Part shown: piece by piece, positions 1 to 10,311 of the stretch
Numbering within the stretch: position 1 is the first letter of the stretch
How the letters are laid out: each line of letters begins with the position of its first letter
Origin: an uncultured Gammaproteobacteria bacterium
GTDB lineage: Bacteria > Patescibacteriota > Patescibacteriia > Magasanikbacterales > UBA922
Assembly (NCBI GenBank): GCA_964447765.1
Contig: CAYUTO010000003.1
Span: 72,919 to 136,918 of the forward strand
DNA: 64,000 bases
Reading direction: 5' to 3'
Notes under the pieces: model-generated
The model's input: the letters and a program-made list of their open reading frames with translations, nothing else
What the model was told of the DNA's origin: nothing
The model's database searches: none
Program-made: the position numbers and the translations under genes

Positions 1-103
1 TGTATGCAGGAAGTACGACCTCATACCCAAGACCAGATTGCGTTGCCACAATCACACTTTGCTTAGTACTTCCAATTACTGTTCCTTGAATATGTGCGAT
101 CAT
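1..103 (-). CDS. ruvA: Holliday junction DNA helicase RuvA, N-terminal part (runs off window edge)
   Basis: Manual translation MIAHIQGTVIGSTKQSVIVATQSGLGYEVVLPAY matches the RuvA N-terminal pattern (MI..l.G.......G.GYEV). Confidence 0.8.
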   Translation of the reverse strand, partial: MIAHIQGTVIGSTKQSVIVATQSGLGYEVVLPAY

Positions 104-105
104 AC

Positions 106-1611
106 TTAACGAGACAAATATGCCACAAGTGTTTCAACACCAAATCCATTCGCACCAGGTCTGAGCCACGGCTTTGCTTTGCCCATAAATATCGCACTCG
201 CAAGATCAATATGTGCCCATTTGTAATCGACGAAGAATTGGAGGAATGCTGCAGCGGTCGATGCCCCACCAAATGCAGGACTCCCTACTCCACCCAGATT
301 TTTGATGTCAGCAATCTCACTCTTCATAGCTTCACTATATTCTTCACCGAGTGGTAATCTCCACAATAGTTCGCCCACTCCATCCCCTGCCGCAACCAGT
401 TTTTCACACATACTATCATCGGGAGTAAATATTCCCGATCGTTCTGATCCGAGAGCCCCCATACATGCACCTGTAAGCGTAGCAAGATCAATTACTTCAG
501 CTGGTTCATATTTCTTTGCATATACTAGTGCGTCAGCAAGAATGAGACGTCCTTCAGCATCAGTATTCAAAATTTCAACAGTTTTTCCATTCATTGCCAC
601 CAGAATATCATCAGGTCGAAATGCGCTACCACTGGGCATGTTTTCTGCCGCAGGAATCAGGCCTACAATATTTTTCTTGAGTTTGAGTTCAGCCGCAGCT
701 TTAATTGCTCCCAATACTGCCGCTCCTCCAAGCATGTCGTATTTCATCTCTACCATCCATTGTCCTGGTTTTAAAGACAACCCACCAGAATCAAACGTGA
801 TTCCTTTACCCACCAATACGGTTGGTTTTTGAGATTTAGCCGCACCCCAATATTCAACAATAATAAATTTTGGTTCGTGCTCAGAACCTTGCGCTACACC
901 CAATAAGCAGCCCATTTTCAATTTTTTAATTTCTGCTTTTCCGAGCACCGTAGCTTTGATTTTACTTTTTTTTGCCATTTCAACAGCGGCATCTGCAAGA
1001 TACGTTGGAGTCATGGTACTTGGAGGAGTATTTCCAAGATGGCGTGCAAAATTCACTCCCTCAGCAACTATTCTTCCATATGCAATACCTTTTTCACACG
1101 CTTTTTTCTCACTCGCGTTTGCAAGCCCTGCAAACTGCACATCTTCAATTGGAACTGAGTGTGCTTCTACATCGGTCTTATGTTCATCATACGCATACGT
1201 AGAAATTTCACCTGCCCGAACAAAAAGTGAAGCAAGATGTTCAACTGTTTCTTTCTTTTTGAGAACACTCGTAAACACAAGTGACACTTTTTTCCATTTT
1301 TTATTTTGAGCTTGTACAAAAGCTGCGCCTACACACTCGCGCAATTTCTTTACTGAATATTCTTTATCTTTACCCAATCCTACGAGCATAACGCGGGGAT
1401 GATTTTTGTCTTCAGTATGCAATACAAGTTTTTCCAATTTTTTTCCTTTAAATTCTTCCAATTCTACTGCGCCTGTAATTTTTTTTCTTACCTCATCAAG
1501 CATTCCAAAATTCTTTAGCTCTGTCTCAACTTTTTGATCTTCAAATACAGGAAACAATATTACATTGCACGGTTTTAATTCTTCGAGACTTGTGTGAACA
1601 GTATATTTCAT
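106..1611 (-). CDS. pepA: Leucyl aminopeptidase (M17)
   Basis: Motifs VGKGITFDSGG, MKYDMLG, NTDAEGRLILAD and ATLTGA. Confidence 0.96.
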   Translation of the reverse strand: MKYTVHTSLEELKPCNVILFPVFEDQKVETELKNFGMLDEVRKKITGAVELEEFKGKKLEKLVLHTEDKNHPRVMLVGLGKDKEYSVKKLRECVGAAFVQAQNKKWKKVSLVFTSVLKKKETVEHLASLFVRAGEISTYAYDEHKTDVEAHSVPIEDVQFAGLANASEKKACEKGIAYGRIVAEGVNFARHLGNTPPSTMTPTYLADAAVEMAKKSKIKATVLGKAEIKKLKMGCLLGVAQGSEHEPKFIIVEYWGAAKSQKPTVLVGKGITFDSGGLSLKPGQWMVEMKYDMLGGAAVLGAIKAAAELKLKKNIVGLIPAAENMPSGSAFRPDDILVAMNGKTVEILNTDAEGRLILADALVYAKKYEPAEVIDLATLTGACMGALGSERSGIFTPDDSMCEKLVAAGDGVGELLWRLPLGEEYSEAMKSEIADIKNLGGVGSPAFGGASTAAAFLQFFVDYKWAHIDLASAIFMGKAKPWLRPGANGFGVETLVAYLSR

Positions 1612-1622
1612 ATTGGATTAAT

Positions 1623-4508
1623 TTATTTCTTTTCAATAGTTAATGAAATCTCCACTCCTTCAATAATAACTTTGGTATCAGTTTGTTTTTCAGTTAATTC
1701 TACCGCAAGTACGGATTGAGCAATACTACCTTTATGACCTTCGAAAACTGCACGAAACTGTGTATCTTCAGTGTGCCAATATATTGACACTCTGTCTTCT
1801 ACGGTTAATCCCGATTCTTTTCTAATTTGATTGATCGCACGCACTGTTTCACGTACCAACCCTTCTATCTTCAGCTCATCAGTCATTTCAGTATCGATTC
1901 CAACTTGGATAGCATTGTCTTCTTTTATGATAACAAATTCAGTTGGTTTATTCATCTCTCCTGTGACTGATTTTACATTCATTTCGTCGGCAACAATCTG
2001 CCCTGCAGCATCTGAGAGTGTGATTCCACTAAAATACAAATGTGACAATGTCTGACGTACTTTTATTCCAGCTTGAGCTCGAAGTGCTAATCCCATTTCT
2101 ACCACTTTTCGAACATGTTCCATTTCCCCCAACACATTCTCATCAACTTCTTTCTTATTATACACGGGAAAATCTTCGAGATGCACACTTTCCATTTCTC
2201 CACCCACTTTTTGGTAGAGAGTTTCCGCAATAAATGGAGTAAACGGTGCCATCACTTTTGATAGAGTTTGTAAAACGGTTTGAAGTGTGGCAAGTGCCGC
2301 TTCTTTATCACCAACATCCTCACCCTTGAAACGATCACGGCTTCGTCGCACATACCACTGTGATAATTCAGTGACAAATTCTACGATTGGTCGACTTGCT
2401 TCTGCAAGTTTGTACGCTTCCATTCCCTCCGTAACTTCCTTAACTAAAATATTAAGCTTAGAAAGAATCCATCGATCCAAAATGTGTTTACTTTCGACTT
2501 TCGACTTTCGACTTTCGACTTTTTCTGTAAACAGTTCATAAAACTCACACACATTCCACAAAGTGTTTATGAGTTTGTTATACATTTCTCGTACTCCTGC
2601 TTCCGAGAAATTCAGATTCTCTGCTGCCATCACAGGGGACGTCAACAAATAATATCGAAGCGCATCTGCTCCGTATTTTTCAAGGAGAGTATTAGGGTCT
2701 GGATAATTCTGTAATTTTTTACTCATCTTTTTACCATCTTCCGCAAGCACGATTCCATTTACAATCACATTTTTGTATGCAGTTTTTCCAAACAGTCCGA
2801 CTGCTAGAATGTGTAGATAATAGAACCATGCGCGAGTCTGATCCTGCCCTTCTGCAATAAACTCTGCAGGAAAACTTGCTTCAAATTTTTCTTTATTTTC
2901 AAATGGATAACGTACTTCAGCATAAGGCATCGATCCAGAATCAAACCAGGTATCGAGAACATCAGGAACTCGAGTATAGGTCTTACCCTCTTTTTCAAAT
3001 GTAATAGTATCAACAATATGTTTGTGTAAATCATCGACTTTCTGACCAGATAATTCCTCAAGCTCTTTAAGAGAACCCACACATATCGAATCACCATCTG
3101 CACTCTGCCAGACAGGGATTACGGTAGCCCAAAAACGCTGTCTGGAAATAGACCAGTCACGCGCTCCTTCGAGCCATTTGCCAAAACGACCTTCTTTAAT
3201 ATGTTCAGGAGACCAATTGATTTTTTCTGCTTGTTTCAATGCTTTTGATTTGATTTTGGTAACGTTTACAAACCAACTACTTGTCGCATAATTGATCAAT
3301 GGAGTATCACAACGCCAGCAATGTGGGTAGCTATGTTCATATTTTTTCTTTGAAAATAATTTTCCATTGTGAGCCAACCATTTTACAATTTCCACGTCTG
3401 TCGCCATATGATCTTCTACTGGCTTCACATGCATTCCACGAAAATCAGTGACGGCATCGATAAAAGTTCCATCCATTTTTACATGCTGAATAAACGGAAC
3501 ATTTTCTTTTTTGAATACTTCATAATCATCAGTACCAAATGCAGGCGCGAGATGTACCACTCCGGTTCCATCAACAGTCGTTACAAAATCAGCAGTGACT
3601 ACACGGAAAGAATTTTTACTATCAGCAAAATATGGGAATAGTGGTTCGTATTCAAGACCAACCAATTCATTGGCTGAAAGTTTTTTTACCACTTCATATT
3701 CTTTTCCTTCAAAATTAACCCCAACTAATTCTCCCGAAAGAATATATTGTTCTTCCCCACTTTTTACCAGAGAATATTCAATATCACTCCCCACTGCAAG
3801 TAACACATTTCCTGGCAATGTCCACGGTGTTGTGGTCCATGCAAGCACAAAAACATTACCATCAATATCCAATTTTTCTTTAGCGTTTTTCAATTTGAAT
3901 TTCGCCGTAACTGAAATATCTTTGATATCTTTATACCCTTCAGTTACCTCTTGCTGAGACAGGGTGGTCTCACAGCGGGGACAGATATGCATGGGTTTAT
4001 ACCCATGATAAATCAGATCTTTATCCCAGAGTTGTTTGAATACTGACCACACTGATTCCATGTATCCATTATCCATCGTACGATACGCATTTTTCATATC
4101 TACCCAGCGACCCAGACGATGAATTGTTTTTTCCCAATCACCTACATAGCTCAATACTTTAGAGCGACATTTCTCATTGAAAACTGCCACACCCATCTCT
4201 TCAATCTCTTTCTTACTTTTAGTACCCAGTTCCTTTTCAATAATATTTTCAATTGGAAGTCCATGACAATCCCATCCCCACACACGTTCTACCCTTCGAC
4301 CTTGCATGGTCCAGTAGCGAGGCACCACATCTTTCATTACACTTCCCACAATGTGACCGTAATGAGGAAGTCCAGTCGCAAATGGTGGCCCGTCATAAAA
4401 CGTATATTGTTTATTTTCTGGTCGATTTTCTACAGATTTTCGAAATGCATCGGTTTTATCCCAATGTTTGAGTATTTCTAATTCTTGTTCTTGTGCGTTA
4501 TAGGGCAT
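1623..4508 (-). CDS. ileS: Isoleucine--tRNA ligase, type 2 (eukaryote/archaea-like)
   Basis: FYDGPPFATGLPHYGH (HIGH equivalent), GWDCHGLP, WTTTPWTLP, KMSKK; IleRS2-type C-terminus (EGLVRETVRAINQIRK). Confidence 0.97.
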   Translation of the reverse strand: MPYNAQEQELEILKHWDKTDAFRKSVENRPENKQYTFYDGPPFATGLPHYGHIVGSVMKDVVPRYWTMQGRRVERVWGWDCHGLPIENIIEKELGTKSKKEIEEMGVAVFNEKCRSKVLSYVGDWEKTIHRLGRWVDMKNAYRTMDNGYMESVWSVFKQLWDKDLIYHGYKPMHICPRCETTLSQQEVTEGYKDIKDISVTAKFKLKNAKEKLDIDGNVFVLAWTTTPWTLPGNVLLAVGSDIEYSLVKSGEEQYILSGELVGVNFEGKEYEVVKKLSANELVGLEYEPLFPYFADSKNSFRVVTADFVTTVDGTGVVHLAPAFGTDDYEVFKKENVPFIQHVKMDGTFIDAVTDFRGMHVKPVEDHMATDVEIVKWLAHNGKLFSKKKYEHSYPHCWRCDTPLINYATSSWFVNVTKIKSKALKQAEKINWSPEHIKEGRFGKWLEGARDWSISRQRFWATVIPVWQSADGDSICVGSLKELEELSGQKVDDLHKHIVDTITFEKEGKTYTRVPDVLDTWFDSGSMPYAEVRYPFENKEKFEASFPAEFIAEGQDQTRAWFYYLHILAVGLFGKTAYKNVIVNGIVLAEDGKKMSKKLQNYPDPNTLLEKYGADALRYYLLTSPVMAAENLNFSEAGVREMYNKLINTLWNVCEFYELFTEKVESRKSKVESKHILDRWILSKLNILVKEVTEGMEAYKLAEASRPIVEFVTELSQWYVRRSRDRFKGEDVGDKEAALATLQTVLQTLSKVMAPFTPFIAETLYQKVGGEMESVHLEDFPVYNKKEVDENVLGEMEHVRKVVEMGLALRAQAGIKVRQTLSHLYFSGITLSDAAGQIVADEMNVKSVTGEMNKPTEFVIIKEDNAIQVGIDTEMTDELKIEGLVRETVRAINQIRKESGLTVEDRVSIYWHTEDTQFRAVFEGHKGSIAQSVLAVELTEKQTDTKVIIEGVEISLTIEKK
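2490..2522. repeat. (ACTTTCG)x4+ heptamer tandem repeat inside ileS, encoding KVESRKSKVESK
   Basis: Read directly; same unit as the intergenic AAAGTCG/CGACTTT elements. Confidence 0.9.
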
Positions 4509-4513
4509 ACGAT

Positions 4514-4595
4514 TTAATTAACAATTAGCAATGAACAACTAACAAATCCCTATTGGTAATTTTTGCTAATTGTTCATTGTTAATTGTTCGTTGTA
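4514..4595. repeat. Heptamer-periodic inverted repeat (AACAATT / AATTGTT type)
   Basis: aacaatt-agcaatg-aacaact-aacaa ... ttgctaa-ttgttca-ttgttaa-ttgttcg-ttg. Confidence 0.75.
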
Positions 4596-4598
4596 AAA

Positions 4599-4730
4599 TA
4601 AAAAGCCCCCAGTGTGAGGACCCAAGTTCTTGGGCGGTACCACCTCACTTCCATAGCGGCTACTTCATATATGCTATTACGGGCACACCCGAGAGGTTCT
4701 AATTCCGACTAAGTCGGAGTTCTTCCTCTA
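4599..4730 (-). promoter_or_regulatory. T-box riboswitch leader of ileS with intrinsic terminator
   Basis: Minus strand has GAGGTGGTACCGC (T-box bulge, about 4634-4646) pairing with downstream TCCTC, then GGGGGCTTTTT. A short stem I (AGAGG...CCTCT, 4692-4730) carries an ATT Ile codon before AGAA, followed by a CCCGTAA F-box-like motif. Confidence 0.85.
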
Positions 4731-4791
4731 GCGCTTCTATATAGAATTTTCTGTTGATTGCAGAAAAATACGCTAATACAATTGTACAATA

Positions 4792-4820
4792 AATATACAA
4801 GCAAGCGAGAAAAAAGTCAA
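4792..4820 (-). promoter_or_regulatory. sigma70-type promoter for the T-box/ileS transcript
   Basis: TTGACT-17 nt-TATATT on the minus strand. Confidence 0.65.
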
Positions 4821-4837
4821 AGCTCAAGTTTTTTCAA

Positions 4838-5287
4838 TTACAATCCAAAATTCTTCTTAAGAATTGTCCTATAAATACTATTTCTACTCACCATCCCCAC
4901 TACTTTTCCATTTTCAACTACGGGCAGACGATTCACATCATGTGCAAGCATCAGTGATCCAGCTTTCATGATTGGATCGTCTGGTGTTACAGTCAAAATA
5001 TTTCTCTTCATAAATACTTCCACCTTGGTATTTCTGATGTCCCCTGCTTTCGACTCTCGTGCCTCCATATCAGTATAACTTTCAGGACTATCATAAAAAC
5101 TCTTGTACCAGGGATATAAAATCCGTACAATATCTTTTTCTGAGACAAATCCAACTACACGCTCCTGATCATCAAGTACCGGAACACCGGTTACCTGATT
5201 TGTGTACAGAAGACGCGCCACTTCCTCATACGTAGTGTCTGGCGTTACAAAAACGTTATGAGTATCCATCAGTTCTTTGACTTTCAT
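4838..5287 (-). CDS. CBS domain pair protein
   Basis: MKVKELM...GVPVLD...VGFVSEKDI and RLPVVENGKVVGMVSR form tandem CBS domains; start moved to the ATG at 5287. Confidence 0.9.
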   Translation of the reverse strand: MKVKELMDTHNVFVTPDTTYEEVARLLYTNQVTGVPVLDDQERVVGFVSEKDIVRILYPWYKSFYDSPESYTDMEARESKAGDIRNTKVEVFMKRNILTVTPDDPIMKAGSLMLAHDVNRLPVVENGKVVGMVSRNSIYRTILKKNFGL

Positions 5288-5500
5288 ATGGGTGGGGTTA
5301 AAAGTAAAGAAAAAAATATGGATGAGTATAGTCACATTTTCACTATATTTCTATCATAGCGACAACTTGCGCAACCGTCAAATTATACGTATAGTCTCTT
5401 TACCAAACAGAATAAAAACGATATACTTTTTTGTATACTAAAGCCTGTGTAATTGAATTGTCGTTTAACTTTTTACTCTTGCCTTTTGACTTCTATACGT

Positions 5501-5959
5501 ATGTATACAGGACCACTCTATATTGCAGGTGACCATGGTGGATATGCACTAAAAAAGCGATTAATTCGGTTTGTAGAAAACGAGCTTAGCCGATCGATTG
5601 AAGACATGGGTCCACTCGAACACGTAGAGCACGATGATTATACTGACTATACATTCCCCCTTGCAAAACGCGTGGTAGATGAACATGCACGCGGTATTCT
5701 CGTGTGTCGTAATGGAATCGGGGTATGTATGGCGGCAAATAAAGTCGCCGGAATCCGTGCAGGTATTGGATACAATATTGCAGTTGGAGAATCCATGATG
5801 AAAGATGATGATACAAACATTCTTTGTCTTGCAGCAGATCATCTCTCCGAAGATTTTGCCATGGCAATTGTAAAAAGATGGCTCGAAACTCCTTTTAGTG
5901 AAGCCGAACGACATGTGCGAAGACTCGGAAAAATCGAAGAATTTGAAAAAAATGTATGA
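5501..5959 (+). CDS. rpiB: Ribose-5-phosphate isomerase B
   Basis: AGDHGG, CRNGIGVCMAANKVAGIRA and ERHVRRLGKI motifs. Confidence 0.93.
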   Translation: MYTGPLYIAGDHGGYALKKRLIRFVENELSRSIEDMGPLEHVEHDDYTDYTFPLAKRVVDEHARGILVCRNGIGVCMAANKVAGIRAGIGYNIAVGESMMKDDDTNILCLAADHLSEDFAMAIVKRWLETPFSEAERHVRRLGKIEEFEKNV

Positions 5960-6603
5960 TTGCTATTATCCCTTCGATTCTAGTCAAAACCAAGAATGAA
6001 TTTTTGTCTCAAATTTCTCTACTAGAGCATTCGGTCACTCATCTCCAGCTTGATATTGCTGATGGAAATTTTGTTTCTAATACTACGTGGAGTGAGCCAG
6101 AGATTATCCGCCACAGTGAAGGATACACATTTGAACTTCACCTTATGGTCGAGCATCCGCTCGAAGTTATTGCTGAATGGAGTACTGTAGCAAATGTCAC
6201 CAAATATATCGTCCATTTTGAATCTGAGGACAACATTGAAGAAGTCATATCTCATATACAAGCATCTAATGGACTGAAACGCGAAGTCTTCATTGCACTC
6301 AATCCTGAGACACAGCTAAGTGCACTCGAAAGAATTGCCGATCGGATTGATGGAGTTCTCTTTATGGGTGTCACCCCTGGGTTTCAAGGGCAAAAATTAA
6401 TTCCTGCAGTTCTTGAAAAAATCACTCAGTGCAGAAACAGATATCCTCATTTGTACACTGAACTAGATGGTGGTGTCCATGAAGATACGCTCGAAGCGAT
6501 CGTCAAAAGCGGTGTTCATGCGATTTGTCCGGGAAGTTTGGTGTTCAAACGAGAACAGAAACCGAGTGAACAAATTATATTTATCAAAAACCAATTAGCG
6601 TAA
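5956..6603 (+). CDS. rpe: Ribulose-phosphate 3-epimerase
   Basis: DIADGNFV, ELHLMV, MGVTPGFQGQ and DGGV motifs. Confidence 0.92.
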   Translation: MIAIIPSILVKTKNEFLSQISLLEHSVTHLQLDIADGNFVSNTTWSEPEIIRHSEGYTFELHLMVEHPLEVIAEWSTVANVTKYIVHFESEDNIEEVISHIQASNGLKREVFIALNPETQLSALERIADRIDGVLFMGVTPGFQGQKLIPAVLEKITQCRNRYPHLYTELDGGVHEDTLEAIVKSGVHAICPGSLVFKREQKPSEQIIFIKNQLA

Positions 6604-6613
6604 ACAAATATAT

Positions 6614-7579
6614 ATGTCTCAAAAAAATGACCTCCTCGACCTCGTGATTATCGGAGCTGCTGCTGCAGGGTGTGCTGCTGCCGTATACGCCGCACGAAGA
6701 AATTTGAAGTTCGCTGTGGTTACCAAAGATATTGGTGGAGAAGTTGCTCTTTCAGGAGAAGTAGAAAACTGGCCAGGTATCATACACACCACTGGTTTTG
6801 AATTGGCACAACAGTTCTACAAACATATGGAATCATATGGTATCAAAGCAGATGTAGGCTATTCGGTAACTTCGATTGAAAAGGAAGGAAAATATTTCAT
6901 TGTAAAAACTGAAGATTACTCAAAAAAAGAAAAGCTCTTCTATACAAAAACCGTAATTATCGGAAGTGGTATCCACCCTCGAGAGCTTGGGATTCCAGGA
7001 GAAAAAGAGTTGCGCGGCAAGGGAGTCACCTACTGTACCGTATGTGACGGACCGCTTTATCGCAATAAAATAACCACCACAATCGGAGCCGGAAATGCAG
7101 CACTCGAGTCGGCTCTCATGATGGCTGAGCTTGCAACCAAAGTGTATTGCATTACCAAATTCCCTAATACCAAAGAAACCAATGGTGGATTTCCCAAAGG
7201 TGAAAATATTTTGATTGATAAATTAAAAAAAGCTCCTAATGTGGAGATTATCTACGGCGCTATCACTACTGAAATACTGGGCACCGAAAATGTAACCGGC
7301 GTTTCTTATACCGACAACACCGGATCAAAACAAACTATCGAAACGAACGGTGTCATGGTACATATTGGAAATATTCCTAATTCCACTTTTGCGCCAATTG
7401 TCGACCGAACCCCCTTGGGCGAAATTATCGTGGATCTTACTTGCGCCACCTCAATCCCGGGAATTTTCGCAGCAGGAGATGTAACCACGGTTCCCTACAA
7501 ACAAATTGTCATTGCCGCAGGCCAGGGAGTCACAGCAGCACTCTCTGCTATCGCATATATCAATAAATGGGAAGAGTAA
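6614..7579 (+). CDS. trxB: Thioredoxin reductase / AhpF-C-terminal-like FAD oxidoreductase
   Basis: GVTYCTVCDG CxxC motif, PGIFAAGDV, KQIVIAAGQG. Confidence 0.88.
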   Translation: MSQKNDLLDLVIIGAAAAGCAAAVYAARRNLKFAVVTKDIGGEVALSGEVENWPGIIHTTGFELAQQFYKHMESYGIKADVGYSVTSIEKEGKYFIVKTEDYSKKEKLFYTKTVIIGSGIHPRELGIPGEKELRGKGVTYCTVCDGPLYRNKITTTIGAGNAALESALMMAELATKVYCITKFPNTKETNGGFPKGENILIDKLKKAPNVEIIYGAITTEILGTENVTGVSYTDNTGSKQTIETNGVMVHIGNIPNSTFAPIVDRTPLGEIIVDLTCATSIPGIFAAGDVTTVPYKQIVIAAGQGVTAALSAIAYINKWEE

Positions 7580-7670
7580 AAAAAATGTTTCTTATTTACT
7601 TCCATTTTGCTATACTTACATTCGTATTATAGCTTTGAGTTTTTACCTTTGAGCTTTAAGTTTGAAATCT

Positions 7671-7979
7671 ATGTTCCTCGAATCAGTATTTCCTGTACTC
7701 CCATCATCAATTACCGAGATACTCGTCTACGTCTCAGCTTTCTTGGGTATTTTGTTGCTTTCATACGGAGTATTTCTCGAAGCAGAGAGTCGACAGGATT
7801 TAGTATTTTTTCTTGGAGCTTGCTTTCTTCTGGTCTATGCAATCTACATCGCAAATCTCGTCTTTGTTCTTGCAATGGGTGCATTCGCCTTGAACTCGAT
7901 GATTGAATTTATCGAAATACTCACTGGACTTCACAAACATAATCCCGAGCAACTCGAACGTGTTAAAAAATTACGCTAA
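7671..7979 (+). CDS. Small membrane protein
   Basis: About three hydrophobic segments; co-oriented between trxB and the PfkB kinase. Confidence 0.65.
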   Translation: MFLESVFPVLPSSITEILVYVSAFLGILLLSYGVFLEAESRQDLVFFLGACFLLVYAIYIANLVFVLAMGAFALNSMIEFIEILTGLHKHNPEQLERVKKLR

Positions 7980-7983
7980 TGCT

Positions 7984-8955
7984 ATGTACGATCTTGTAAC
8001 TATCGGAGACTCCACCGTCGACATGTTCCTTCTTATCGACGAAGCTACTCTCAACTGTGATATCAAAACCAATGAATGCCAACTCTGCTTTACCTATGCA
8101 GATAAAATTCCGATCAATGGTGCTATTCAGGCAATTGGTGGGAATGCTGCGAACGTAGCTGCTGGAGGCGCAAAATTGGGTCTAAAAACAGCAATAGTCA
8201 CTGAAGTGGGAGATGATATCAACGGACTCCTCATCAATGATGATTTGACCAAAATAGGTGTTAACACCAATCTTGTACATGTAAATAAAGGAAAAGAAAC
8301 AAGATATTCAGTGGTATTAAGTTATAAAGGAGAGCGAACGATTCTTTCCTACCACGCTCCCCGAACATACCCTAAACCAAAACTACCCCCTGCCAAAGCT
8401 CTCTATTACACTTCTCTTGGAAAAACATTTGAGCGAATCCAAGCTGCAGTAATCGCCTATAAGAAAAAACACAAAACAGTAATTTTGGCGTGCAATCCTG
8501 GATCATACCAATTTGGTGCTGGGATACAAAAAACACGACAGATTCTACCATTCACTGATATTTTATTTGTAAACAAAGAAGAAGCAGAGAAAATTACCCA
8601 GTCCAAGGGTACTGTACAAGAGCTTACAAAACTTTTACACACCAAAGGAGTTCGGATCGTTGTTGTTACCGATGGGTCGAAAGGATCGTATGTATCTAAT
8701 GGAGAGTCTCTCTATCATATGCCACGGTTCCCCGTAAAAACACTTTCCCGAACTGGCGCAGGCGATGCCTATGCCAGTGGATTTATGAGTGCACACCTCA
8801 GCGGACACACTATTCCTCAGGCAATGTCTTGGGGTACGGCGAATGCTTCCAGTGTGGTGCAGCAGTTTGGCGGACACACCGGCACACTTACCAAAAAACA
8901 AATTGCAACTATACTCAAAAAATATAGCTCAATTAAGCCAAAACTTGTGGTCTAA
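7984..8955 (+). CDS. PfkB-family carbohydrate kinase
   Basis: GGNAANVA, NKEEA and RTGAGDAYASGF signature. Confidence 0.92.
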   Translation: MYDLVTIGDSTVDMFLLIDEATLNCDIKTNECQLCFTYADKIPINGAIQAIGGNAANVAAGGAKLGLKTAIVTEVGDDINGLLINDDLTKIGVNTNLVHVNKGKETRYSVVLSYKGERTILSYHAPRTYPKPKLPPAKALYYTSLGKTFERIQAAVIAYKKKHKTVILACNPGSYQFGAGIQKTRQILPFTDILFVNKEEAEKITQSKGTVQELTKLLHTKGVRIVVVTDGSKGSYVSNGESLYHMPRFPVKTLSRTGAGDAYASGFMSAHLSGHTIPQAMSWGTANASSVVQQFGGHTGTLTKKQIATILKKYSSIKPKLVV

Positions 8956-9020
8956 GACTTGACAAAGATGCTACTCCATGATACAAAGTAGCGTACATTT
9001 TTGATCGTTAATTTTAGTGT

Positions 9021-10304
9021 ATGGTTGCAAAGCAGAAGCAGGACATTATCCTCTATGTAGGAAAAATTCTGCCCTACATGATTACCGCAATTCGCGCATA
9101 CGAAAAGCAAAACAAACGAAAATTTCGTATTGCATTGTTATTTGATATCAAAGAAAAACGAAACATCCCAACTGACGATATTATCAAAAATATTGATCTT
9201 GTGTTGTCATGTAATACTCTTTCTGAGAGCGCTATACAAGAAACTCTACTACCTTATGAAGATGAGTTGCTCGCAATTTCATGTAGAGGCGAAGATTATA
9301 TTGAAATGTTTGCTCGAATTATCCCTTTTGTACCCTATCTCCGCACCCCAACGAGCGAATCACTCCGATGGGCATCAGACAAACTACTCATGCGAAGACG
9401 TCTATTTACCTATAACAAAAAAATCACCCCTGCATACATAGTAGTTACCGATACAACTCCTACCTCATTACAAAAAATTGAACAAAAGGTTGGATTTCCT
9501 CTAGTAGTGAAACCCACAGGTCTTGCTGCAAGTCGACTAGTAACTATATGTTTCCACAAAGAAGAGCTTGAAACAACTCTAAAAAAGGTTTTTAAAAAAA
9601 TTAATGCACTATATCAAGAAACGGGAGGTAACTGGACCCCACAAGTACTCGTAGAGCAATTCATGGATGGAGAAATGTACTCGATTGACGGGTACGTGTC
9701 TGCACGTGGAAAAGTACAGTTTGTTCCTCTCGTTCATATTCAAACTGGACGCACCATTGGTTTTGATGATTTCTTTGGATATATCCAGATGACTCCTACC
9801 AATCTCAACAAAGAAAGTATTGATATTGCTCGAGGTGTTGCACGAGAAGCAGTCCACGCCCTTGCGCTACGTAGCACCGCTGTACACATTGAACTTATGA
9901 AAACTGAGGGTGGCTGGAAAGTAATTGAAATTGCAGCACGTCAAGGCGGATACCGCCATCACATGTATGACTATTCGTATGGGATCAACCATACTATGAA
10001 CGATATTCTGATTCGTATCCCCGAAGAAGTGCATACTAAGCGCAAAGTGAAGGGATACACAGCGTATATGAAATTTTTTGCAAAAAAAGAAGGTAAACTT
10101 TCAAAACTAACGGGGGTCAAACGAGCCCAGGAATTGAAATCGTTTAAAGAAATTAGTGTAAATAAAAAAATTGGTGACACTTGTACCTACGCCAAAAATG
10201 GTGGCACCAGTGTGTTCAACATTCTTCTCTTTAATCCTGAAAAATCAGAATTACTCGCAGACATTCGACGACTTGAGCAAATGGTAGAAATAGAAGTACA
10301 ATAA
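9021..10304 (+). CDS. ATP-grasp domain protein (amino-acid ligase-like)
   Basis: DKLLMR, GFPLVVKP, LVEQFMDGEMYSID, HIELM..IEIAARQGG. Confidence 0.85.
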   Translation: MVAKQKQDIILYVGKILPYMITAIRAYEKQNKRKFRIALLFDIKEKRNIPTDDIIKNIDLVLSCNTLSESAIQETLLPYEDELLAISCRGEDYIEMFARIIPFVPYLRTPTSESLRWASDKLLMRRRLFTYNKKITPAYIVVTDTTPTSLQKIEQKVGFPLVVKPTGLAASRLVTICFHKEELETTLKKVFKKINALYQETGGNWTPQVLVEQFMDGEMYSIDGYVSARGKVQFVPLVHIQTGRTIGFDDFFGYIQMTPTNLNKESIDIARGVAREAVHALALRSTAVHIELMKTEGGWKVIEIAARQGGYRHHMYDYSYGINHTMNDILIRIPEEVHTKRKVKGYTAYMKFFAKKEGKLSKLTGVKRAQELKSFKEISVNKKIGDTCTYAKNGGTSVFNILLFNPEKSELLADIRRLEQMVEIEVQ

Positions 10305-10311
10305 TATACCT

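Noticed and set aside
302-4481. Many antisense ORFs over pepA and ileS (also over polA, tig and pilB)
   Set aside because: Shadow frames of well-supported genes with no recognisable motifs.
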